A stretch of DNA of 26,056 nucleotides from Gemmatimonadales bacterium. Its GTDB lineage: Bacteria; Gemmatimonadota; Gemmatimonadetes; Gemmatimonadales; GWC2-71-9. The DNA lies in contig JABDII010000312.1 of NCBI GenBank assembly GCA_013003805.1, positions 1 to 26,056 of the forward strand. The letters are read 5' to 3'. A model generated the notes under the pieces. That model made no database searches, had not been told where the DNA came from, and worked only from the letters and a program-made list of their open reading frames with translations. Below, piece after piece: positions 16,516-24,355 of the stretch. Every line of letters starts with the position of its first letter. Positions within the stretch are counted from its first letter, which is position 1. A program made the translations under genes and the position numbers.

Positions 16516-17084
16516 GCCAGGACACCCTGGTGCTTGCCAGCCGGTCCCCACGGCGTAAACACCTCCTGGAAATGCTGGGAATTACCGTGCGGGTCCAGCC
16601 CTCGGCTGTCGAGGAAGTGCGACGGACTGGGGAATCTCCCGAGGAACACGCGATTCGGCTGGCGAAGGAAAAGGCGGAGAGTGTGCCTGGCGACCTCGTG
16701 TTGGGTGCGGACACCATCGTCGTGTTGGGCGAGGAGGTGCTCGAGAAGCCGCGTGACGAAGCCCAAGCACTCGAAATGCTCCTGAAGCTCCAAGGAAAGA
16801 CCCATCAGGTCATGACCGCAGTGGCCCTGAAGGCGGGTGGCAAGCTCTATTCAGCGTGTGACCGGACCGCGGTGACCTTCCTGCCTGCGGATGAAGCCTT
16901 TCTCCGCGCCTACGTCGAAACCGGCGAGCCGATGGACAAGGCCGGTGCCTACGGTATCCAGGGGTTTGGTGCGGTCCTAGTGGAGCGGGTCGAGGGAGAC
17001 TTCTTCAGCGTGATGGGGCTTCCGCTTCGCCTCGTGGCGGAACTCCTGGCGCGGGCCGGTCGTCCCTATCACTTCACACGGTAA
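16512..17084 (+). CDS. maf: Maf/YhdE nucleoside triphosphate pyrophosphatase
   Basis: [27 protein letters not shown] and VMGLP. ATGA overlap with dtd. Confidence 0.94.
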   Translation: MSQDTLVLASRSPRRKHLLEMLGITVRVQPSAVEEVRRTGESPEEHAIRLAKEKAESVPGDLVLGADTIVVLGEEVLEKPRDEAQALEMLLKLQGKTHQVMTAVALKAGGKLYSACDRTAVTFLPADEAFLRAYVETGEPMDKAGAYGIQGFGAVLVERVEGDFFSVMGLPLRLVAELLARAGRPYHFTR

Positions 17085-18700
17085 ATCGCGATCGGCTGTG
17101 CCCGTCCCTTGAGCGGCATAGCGTCGATGCGCTCGACTTCCGGCGAGGTAGTAAGCCGTTGATAGAATGGCTCGGTGAGGAGGACCTCGCCCGCGCCGGC
17201 CTGCGTACAGAGGCGGGACGCCACATTCACCGCGTCGCCGATGACCGTGTATTCCAGTCGCCGTTGGCTGCCGATGTTCCCCGCGAAGACTTCGCCGTAG
17301 TTGATGCCGATCCCCACGCCGATGGTAGGCCGGCCGGCGGCGGCCCATTTTGCATTCAAGGCCTCGATTGAGCTCTGCATGGCCCTGGCGGCGCGCATCG
17401 CGCTGTCGGCATCGTCGTCGCGTGCGATCGGCGCGCCCCACAGTGCCAGGATCGCATCCCCGACGAACTTGTCCAGAGTCCCACCGTGCTCGAATATGAC
17501 TTCTACCATCTCCGTGAAGTACTCGCTGAGCAGTTGAGCGATCGCGTCGGGCGTCATGCTTTCGGACATCGTCGTGAAACCGCGGATGTCGCTGAAGAGG
17601 ATCGTGATGGGGCGTTTCTCGCCGCCTGGCCCGGCGCCTTCCTGCTGCTCGGCGATCTCCGCCGCCACGTTCGGGGCGAAGTAGCGCTCGAAATTGGATC
17701 GAACGAGAGCCTCGTGCCGCACGCGTTCGGCATCCCGCAATCGGTGAAGCGTCGCCGCCGCAATACCACTGAATCCGATCAGGAACTGAAGGTCTTCATC
17801 GCTGAAGGCCGCCGTGGCTGTGAGGCTGTCGACGTAGAGGATGCCGAGAACTTCATCGGCGCTGGCCATGAGCGGAGTGCACATTGCGCTGCGCACGCTC
17901 TGCATCAGGACGGACTGGCCCTGGAAGCGCGTATCGGCTGCCGCGTTGTCCGTCATGATGGCGACACGTTCCTGCACCGCCTTTTGCGCGATTGAGCGCG
18001 GGACGTGGCGCAGCTTGCCGTCGCCCAGACGGCTCTTGGACACGCGGGGCACCAACTCCCCTGTGCTCGGGTCGCTGAGCAGGACGGACACCCGATCGAC
18101 GTTCATGACCTCGAAGGTCATGTCTACGACGGATTCCAGGAGGTTGGCGGGTTCGAACTCGCTGGCCAGCTTCTGTGAAACACCCAGAAGCAGGGCCATC
18201 TTTTTGGCGAGCCGTTCTTCGTCCGTCTTTCCCTCGACCCGAAGCAGACCCGGACCGGATGGACCCTCTTCGAGGTCAGGAAGACCGGTCGCGACTCCGC
18301 CGTGGACGGCGACTTGACGAACGATGGTCCCGCCGGGCGCTGGTACCGCGCCACCGCCTGCCGGTTCGGCACCCGGCGTGTCCTCCGCGCGGAGCTGGCA
18401 CACCACCTTGCCAAAACAGACGGCGTCGCCGGGCGCGAGCTTGCTCTGATGGATTCTCTCGCCGTTGACGAACGTACCGTTCGAGCTCTCGCAATCGGTG
18501 ATCGTGGCCCCGTCCTCACGGACCGAGAGTTCGGCGTGCCGGCGGGATATCGTCGGGTCGTAGAGCGCGATGTCACTCGCCGCGCCCCGGCCCACCACGT
18601 AGGTCCTCCCTGGCGTGAGGTCAAAGCGCTCGTTCCCATCGACGCGAACGAGGTGCATGACCGATGTCGGGGGAGATGGCATGGCGTGGTCCGGGTTCAC
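17069..18700 (-). CDS. FHA-GAF-class III adenylate cyclase
   Basis: FHA (VGRG, SRRHA, SSNGTFVNG), GAF (SAMCTPL, GILYVD, FSDEDL) and cyclase (FSDIRGFT, DKFVGD, EYTVIGDAVNVASR). The GTG start overlaps the upstream TAG; ATG 18682 is an alternative. Confidence 0.92.
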   Translation of the reverse strand: MNPDHAMPSPPTSVMHLVRVDGNERFDLTPGRTYVVGRGAASDIALYDPTISRRHAELSVREDGATITDCESSNGTFVNGERIHQSKLAPGDAVCFGKVVCQLRAEDTPGAEPAGGGAVPAPGGTIVRQVAVHGGVATGLPDLEEGPSGPGLLRVEGKTDEERLAKKMALLLGVSQKLASEFEPANLLESVVDMTFEVMNVDRVSVLLSDPSTGELVPRVSKSRLGDGKLRHVPRSIAQKAVQERVAIMTDNAAADTRFQGQSVLMQSVRSAMCTPLMASADEVLGILYVDSLTATAAFSDEDLQFLIGFSGIAAATLHRLRDAERVRHEALVRSNFERYFAPNVAAEIAEQQEGAGPGGEKRPITILFSDIRGFTTMSESMTPDAIAQLLSEYFTEMVEVIFEHGGTLDKFVGDAILALWGAPIARDDDADSAMRAARAMQSSIEALNAKWAAAGRPTIGVGIGINYGEVFAGNIGSQRRLEYTVIGDAVNVASRLCTQAGAGEVLLTEPFYQRLTTSPEVERIDAMPLKGRAQPIAIYRVK

Positions 18701-19281
18701 TACCGGGGGGCCGCGACCAAGTACCGGCCGGCGCCCGGGATCCGGGCTGCCAAGTTGTCTGAGGCCGGTTGGGTTGATGGCAGGAGAATGATGCGGCCGT
18801 CATCAGTCACCCGTCCAATCCCCAGCGCGCGCTCGAACGCGGCGCGGCTCGCATAACGTCCGCGAATCGCGACGGGCGGGGAGAAATGCACCGGGTATTT
18901 GAAGGTCAGCGTCGCACCTCCGGCAAGCGGCCCACTCGCCTCGACGTCCACCCCGTAGAGCCCCGGCCTCGGGCGGACGGCCACGCGGAGCGAATCCCGA
19001 CTGCCGGCCCCCGAATCCGGAGGGACGGCCAGTTCAGCGAAGACCGTGTTGTCCGGCGGGCCGTGCCGGAGAATCACGACCCGGCCGGCACGTCGCGCGA
19101 AGCTGACCACCGTATCGTTGGGCGATGCTCCCCATGCCTCCAAAACCAGCACGCTGTCGCGCGGGAGCACGCGAGTTGGCTGACGTGGCGCCGCCGCCGC
19201 CGGAGCGCTAGGCGGTGGAGCGGCACTCGCGCACCCCAGGCACAGACCGGCCATGAGCCACCATCGCCTTGCCCGGCCCAT
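18700..19281 (-). CDS. Putative lipoprotein of unknown function (193 aa)
   Basis: MGRARRWWLMAGLCLGC signal with an imperfect lipobox, an Ala/Pro linker, then a beta-rich body. Only the last 193 aa of the 512-aa track ORF look genuine. Confidence 0.7.
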   Translation of the reverse strand: MGRARRWWLMAGLCLGCASAAPPPSAPAAAAPRQPTRVLPRDSVLVLEAWGASPNDTVVSFARRAGRVVILRHGPPDNTVFAELAVPPDSGAGSRDSLRVAVRPRPGLYGVDVEASGPLAGGATLTFKYPVHFSPPVAIRGRYASRAAFERALGIGRVTDDGRIILLPSTQPASDNLAARIPGAGRYLVAAPR

Positions 19282-19305
19282 GCCTCCGTCGGATATTCCC
19301 ATGCG

Positions 19306-21330
19306 ATGCCTCTCGTAGTGCTTCTGCTCGCCGTCGCGCTCCTGGCGGCGCCACTTCCCGCGCAGGAATGGAACACGCCCGAGGCCGCCACTCTGGTCCG
19401 GCGGGCGGTTGAACGACGCCTCGAGACCGAGGCTGATTCGGGCCTCACGGCATACCGCGCCCGGGCACACGGGTTCGTCTTCTTCCTCGCCCAAGTTGGG
19501 GACGGGTTTCGGGAGCCCCCACGCTTGGTCAAGGCCGATGAACTCGATGTCGAAGTGTATTGGCGAGCACCCGGACGGAGCAAGCAGGTCATTCTCGGTT
19601 GGCGCGACGGGTCCTTCCTCCCGACCGACATCAGCTATCACCGAGACCACCTCGGCATCGTGACGAACAACTTCGGTCACCTGATCCGACTGGGCGAAGG
19701 AGACGAGGTTCGTGACGCGATCCATCCCCTCTCGCCCCAGGGTCTCACCCTGTACGACTATGCGCTGCAAGACTCGATCCGCATCCGCTCGGGGCAGGGG
19801 GAGCTTACCGTGCACGAGGTGCTCGCCCGGCCTCGGGACCCCGGGCGCCCGCTGGTGGTCGGGACGCTCTATGTCGACGCCGCGACGGCAGAGCTGGTGC
19901 GGTTCCGATTCAGTTTCACGCGGGCGGCCTACCGCGAACCCCAGCTCGAGGACATCACCGTCGTGCTCGAGAACGCGCTGCACGAGGGGCGCTACTGGCT
20001 TCCTTTCCAGCAGGAGATCGAGATCCGCCGCCGGACCACGTGGCTCGAATTCCCCGCCCGCGGCATCATCCGCGGCCGTTGGGAAATCGGAGCGTACGAG
20101 TTGAACGCGGCCTTCCCTCCCGAGGTTTTGGCGGGGCCCAGCATCGGTGGGCTCACCGTGGCCCAGGATTCGGGCTATGCGTGGACGACCCCCCTGGCGG
20201 AAGCCATCGGTGACGTTGCTGCACCGATCAACCGGCAAGACATGGAAGAAATTCGCCTGGAGGTGGAAGAGATCGTCGGCACGCGAGCGCTCACCGCCAT
20301 CGCCCGCGGCAGACTCACCACGCGCTCGCTGAGTGAGATGCTCAAGGTTAACCGGGTCCAGGGACTCGCCTTGGGAATTGGCGGAGCCATCCCGCTCTTT
20401 TCCGGGCGATTAACGGTGAGGCCGTCGGTGGGACTCGGCACCTCAGACGGCCGGCTCACCGGGAGCCTCGTCTTGGAGACTCGCGGCGCGTGGCTGGGTG
20501 TGCGCCGGGATATCCGGGATCTGGCGGACTTTCCCGTCATCGCGCCGGTCCTGAACTCGATTCTCTCCCAGGAAGCGGGAGAAGACTACGGGGATTACGT
20601 CCTGGTCGAGTCGGCCGAGATAGGAGCACGCCACCGGTTGGGAACCCGCACCCGACTGGAGGGGAGCCTGGGCGTTGAGTCGGCCACCGGCGTCCTGGTG
20701 GAGGCCACCCCCGCCAACGGCACCTATCGCCCCAATCCAGACCTCGGAGCCCCGACCTACGGGGTTGCGCGTGTTCTGCTCGAGCGGGCTCCGGGGGGCA
20801 TCGCCCTGCGACACGACATCGGTGGGTCAGTCGCAATCGAGGCAGCCGATGGGCCCACCAGCTACATGAGGGTCACCGCGGAGGGTCGCTGGCGTGCCGG
20901 AATCGGCCGGACTGAGCTGCTCTCGCGCCTCTATGTCGGCCTGGGGACCGATCGTCTCCCCGCCTATCGGAGCTTTGTCGTGGGAGGCCGTGGAACCCTC
21001 GTCGGAGAGCCCTTCAGGGCCTACGGAGGGCGTCAAATGGCGCTGGCCCACCTGGAGTGGCGATTTGCAGTTCCCATCCCCGCACTTCGCCTGGGATCCT
21101 TCGCCTCGACCGGGAATAGGCTGGTTCTGGCGCCCTTCGTGGCCGGCGCCTGGAGCGCCCGGCCGGTGACCGGGAGCCCCTGGCCGGAGACCGATGGAAT
21201 ACGGCCTGTGGTAGGCGTAGCGGCGGAATGGTTTATGCGGCTGCTCCGGCTCGAGGCGGGCGTGAACCTGCGAGACGGGAGTCTTGGACTCACCGTGGAC
21301 ATTCACCGAGATTGGTGGCCCCTCCTGTAG
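19306..21330 (+). CDS. Signal-peptide outer-membrane protein with an Omp85/TamA-like C-terminal beta-barrel
   Basis: MPLVVLLLAVALLAAPLPAQ signal peptide. The C-terminal part has amphipathic strands and FVVGGRGTLVGEPFRAYGG...HLEWRF, resembling the Omp85 loop-6 region. The family call is from memory of the pattern only. Confidence 0.65.
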   Translation: MPLVVLLLAVALLAAPLPAQEWNTPEAATLVRRAVERRLETEADSGLTAYRARAHGFVFFLAQVGDGFREPPRLVKADELDVEVYWRAPGRSKQVILGWRDGSFLPTDISYHRDHLGIVTNNFGHLIRLGEGDEVRDAIHPLSPQGLTLYDYALQDSIRIRSGQGELTVHEVLARPRDPGRPLVVGTLYVDAATAELVRFRFSFTRAAYREPQLEDITVVLENALHEGRYWLPFQQEIEIRRRTTWLEFPARGIIRGRWEIGAYELNAAFPPEVLAGPSIGGLTVAQDSGYAWTTPLAEAIGDVAAPINRQDMEEIRLEVEEIVGTRALTAIARGRLTTRSLSEMLKVNRVQGLALGIGGAIPLFSGRLTVRPSVGLGTSDGRLTGSLVLETRGAWLGVRRDIRDLADFPVIAPVLNSILSQEAGEDYGDYVLVESAEIGARHRLGTRTRLEGSLGVESATGVLVEATPANGTYRPNPDLGAPTYGVARVLLERAPGGIALRHDIGGSVAIEAADGPTSYMRVTAEGRWRAGIGRTELLSRLYVGLGTDRLPAYRSFVVGGRGTLVGEPFRAYGGRQMALAHLEWRFAVPIPALRLGSFASTGNRLVLAPFVAGAWSARPVTGSPWPETDGIRPVVGVAAEWFMRLLRLEAGVNLRDGSLGLTVDIHRDWWPLL

Positions 21331-21469
21331 GGAGCGGGCCGGTTATTGCGCTCGCCCGCGTTCGTGAACCCTGGCCTGGGTACCCTCCGGGGTCTTACCT
21401 TGCACCCAGTGCCAGTGGCGTTGGCCGAACTCTGGTGCCTTCCGAAAACGGAGTTGAACGAGCTTTCGA

Positions 21470-23740
21470 ATGCCCTTTTCTGACGAGTGGTTAGTCCCGA
21501 CGGTCGAAACCCTGATCGCCGCGGATGCGATGGAGTCGCTCCGCGAGATTGCGGAGTCGGCAGACTCGGATAGCATCTCGCTCTGGGAAGCCATGGTGCA
21601 CCGGAAGCTGGCCACAGACGATCAGATTCTCGAAACCATCTCGGCTCGCTTCCGCATACCGGTGGCGGACCTGACGGTGCTCGAGACGAAGGCCCGGGAG
21701 GCGGTGCCGGAGCAAGTCGCCCGCCGGCACCAGGTCATTCCCGTCCGGATTACCGATTCTGTGCTCGAGGCGGCCACCACAAACCCGTTTGACATTGACG
21801 CCGAGAAGATGTTGGCGTTCGCGACGGGTCGAGAAGTCAGGATGTTCCTGGCGTCGCCGAGTAGGATCCGCGACAAACTCGACGAACTCTATAAGCCCGA
21901 GAGTGTTGTCTCCAAGCTGCTGGGTGGGTTCGGGGAAGCCGAGATCACCCAGGTCAGCGAGGAAGAAGAGGAAATCGGGGCGACGCTGGACGAAGCGAGT
22001 CAGCGACCGATCATCCGGCTGGTTGACATGATGCTGGCGGACGGGATCGCGAGCAGGGCGAGTGACATCCACGTTGAGCCGGCCGAGGGCGGCGTCGTTG
22101 TCCGATACCGTATCGACGGTGTGCTGCGCCAGGTGATGACCATTCCCCGGAGCGCCGGGCTGCCGCTCATCTCACGGATCAAGATCATGTCGGGCCTCGA
22201 TATCGCCGACCGCCTGCGCCCCCAAGATGGCCGCGCTCGAGTCTCCATCAACAACGACAAAATCGACCTGCGGATCTCCACGCTCCCCGCTTCCCTGGGC
22301 GAGAAGGTCGTCATCCGTATTCTCGATACGCGTTCGACCATCCTGACCCTTCCCTCCCTGGGAATGCTCGATGACGAACGGGAATTGATCGAGCGCCTCC
22401 TCGACAACAAAGAAGGCATCATCCTGGTGACCGGGCCCACCGGGTCCGGGAAGACCACGACGCTGTACTCGGCCCTGAAGGTGATTCAAGGCGAGGGTGT
22501 CAACATCGTGACGGTGGAAGATCCGGTCGAATACCGGCTCGGGAAAAACATCGTGCAGGTTCAAGTCAACGTGAAGGCGGGCCTGACCTTCGCCACCGCG
22601 TTGCGCTCCATTCTCCGGCAGGATCCCGACGTGGTGTTGGTCGGTGAAATCCGCGACCAGGAGACCGCCCAGATCGCCGTGCAGGCGTCACTCACGGGTC
22701 ACCTGGTACTCTCAACGTTGCACACCAATGATGCACCCAGTTCCGTGACCCGTCTCATCGACATGGGAATGGAGCCGTACATGATCGGCTCGGCGCTGCG
22801 CGGCATTCTGGCCCAGCGGCTCATGCGGCGGTTATGTCTGATCTGTCGGGAAGCGGTCACGGACTTCGGAAGCGACCAGATTCCGGCCAAGATGAGGGAC
22901 TACATTCCCGACGGGACCACGCTCTACCGCGCTGTTGGGTGCCCGGATTGCGCCATGACCGGGTATCGGGGCCGGTTCAGCATCTGTGAAATCCTCCTCG
23001 TGTCGCCGGAAATCGAGCGTTTGGTTGCGGCCGGAAGTCCGGCCGGGGTCATCGCCAAGGCCGCCCGGAAGAATGGCATGCTGTCGCTCTGGGACAGTGG
23101 TCTCCGGCACGTCCTGGCAGGCGAGACTGCCGTGGAGGAGTTGCTGCGTGTCACGGATGCTCCGATGGAAGACACCGAGGCACCGGCCGCGCCCAAGGCG
23201 GTGGCTCCAGCCGCTCCCGCGGCCCCGCGCGAGCGTGCCACCCCATCGCCGTCGGCGGGCCATCCACCTCCCATCGTCCAGCCTCCGGCCTTGGACGCCT
23301 CGGCCGCCTTCGAGTTGATCGAGGACGATCTCGAGGCAGCGGTGGACGGGGATACCGGCAAGAAGGGCATCACCGTGTTGTTGGTGGATGACGAAGATCA
23401 GTTGCGCCGCGTCATGAAGGACCTTCTGGAACGTGAGGGATACACGATCGCAGAGGCAGCCGATGGGGTCGAGGCACTCGATCAGGCGGACCGCCACGCG
23501 CCCGACGTGATCGTGCTCGACCTGAATCTGCCCACGCTCGACGGGTATTCCGTCTTGTCCCAACTCCGCTCGCGGCCCGCCACTCGGGAAATCCCGATCA
23601 TCGTATTGACCGCAAAGGGCGACGAGGACAACGAGGTCCGGGTGTTCGAGTTGGGCGCCGACGATTTCCTGACCAAACCGTTCCGAGCGCGAGCCCTCTC
23701 CGCCCGCTTGGAGTCCGTGGTCGCCCGCCGGCGGGTGTGA
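21470..23740 (+). CDS. PilB/GspE-type secretion ATPase fused to a C-terminal response-regulator receiver domain
   Basis: ASDIHVEP, RYRIDGVL, RLRPQDGR, Walker A GPTGSGKTTT, VEDPVE, LRQDPDVVLVGEIRD, STLHTN and tetra-Cys motif (CLIC...CPDC...GYRGR). REC: VDDE, LDLNLP, LTAK, KPF. Confidence 0.93.
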   Translation: MPFSDEWLVPTVETLIAADAMESLREIAESADSDSISLWEAMVHRKLATDDQILETISARFRIPVADLTVLETKAREAVPEQVARRHQVIPVRITDSVLEAATTNPFDIDAEKMLAFATGREVRMFLASPSRIRDKLDELYKPESVVSKLLGGFGEAEITQVSEEEEEIGATLDEASQRPIIRLVDMMLADGIASRASDIHVEPAEGGVVVRYRIDGVLRQVMTIPRSAGLPLISRIKIMSGLDIADRLRPQDGRARVSINNDKIDLRISTLPASLGEKVVIRILDTRSTILTLPSLGMLDDERELIERLLDNKEGIILVTGPTGSGKTTTLYSALKVIQGEGVNIVTVEDPVEYRLGKNIVQVQVNVKAGLTFATALRSILRQDPDVVLVGEIRDQETAQIAVQASLTGHLVLSTLHTNDAPSSVTRLIDMGMEPYMIGSALRGILAQRLMRRLCLICREAVTDFGSDQIPAKMRDYIPDGTTLYRAVGCPDCAMTGYRGRFSICEILLVSPEIERLVAAGSPAGVIAKAARKNGMLSLWDSGLRHVLAGETAVEELLRVTDAPMEDTEAPAAPKAVAPAAPAAPRERATPSPSAGHPPPIVQPPALDASAAFELIEDDLEAAVDGDTGKKGITVLLVDDEDQLRRVMKDLLEREGYTIAEAADGVEALDQADRHAPDVIVLDLNLPTLDGYSVLSQLRSRPATREIPIIVLTAKGDEDNEVRVFELGADDFLTKPFRARALSARLESVVARRRV

Positions 23741-23840
23741 CCCCCGGTCCTTCCCTCGTCTCGCCCAGCCCGTCGGCGATGACATCCCCGCCGCCCCTCT
23801 GGTATCCCTTGCAGCCGCCCGCTCGTCGGAGGTGGTGGGT

Positions 23841-24308
23841 ATGACGACCGTACGCGTCTCCTATGTGGATGTGTATGTCCTCCGGGGTGTGGAACCTGAG
23901 CTCGAGGCCCTCGTGCTGCAGCGGGCCGCGGGCGGGAGGTGCCCGCATTCATGGGAGACGGTGCACGGGCATATCGACCCGGGAGAGACCCCGTCGGAGG
24001 CGGCCCTCAGGGAACTGACGGAAGAAACCGGGCTCGTGCCGGAGCGGTTTTATAACATCAGCCGGGTGGAGATGTTCTACCGGCACAGCCTCGATGAGGT
24101 GGCGCTCATTCCCGTGTTCGCCGCCTGGGTCGACCCCGGGGCCGTCCCTACGTTGAGCCCCGAGCACGACCGTGCCGAGTGGCTTTCCCCGGCTGAGGCG
24201 AAGGCGCGGTTCGCCTGGCCCCGCGAGGGGCGCGCGCTGGAAGATATCGTCCATCTCTTGGGTTCGGGCAGCGCCGGGCCGGTTGAAGACGTTCTCCGGG
24301 TCCGTTAG
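23841..24308 (+). CDS. NUDIX hydrolase (NudB-like)
   Basis: Nudix box GHIDPGETPSEAALRELTEETGL and LSPEHDRAEWL. GGAGGT precedes ATG 23841. Confidence 0.88.
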   Translation: MTTVRVSYVDVYVLRGVEPELEALVLQRAAGGRCPHSWETVHGHIDPGETPSEAALRELTEETGLVPERFYNISRVEMFYRHSLDEVALIPVFAAWVDPGAVPTLSPEHDRAEWLSPAEAKARFAWPREGRALEDIVHLLGSGSAGPVEDVLRVR

Positions 24309-24355
24309 ATCCAACTCTCCGGCGTATGATTCGACATGGTGGGAGGTCGAACGAG

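Noticed and set aside
18886-20238. Extended versions of the 814-aa (+) and 512-aa (-) ORFs implying a long bidirectional overlap
   Set aside because: Signal peptides begin at ATG 19306 (+) and ATG 19281 (-). The extensions are antisense read-through of the partner gene.
21331-21469. c-di-GMP riboswitch in the leader of the PilB-like gene (contains TCCG-AAAA-CGGA)
   Set aside because: It lacks the GGCAAA/ACGCAAA-type conserved core as I recall it for c-di-GMP-I. Only short generic hairpins are visible.
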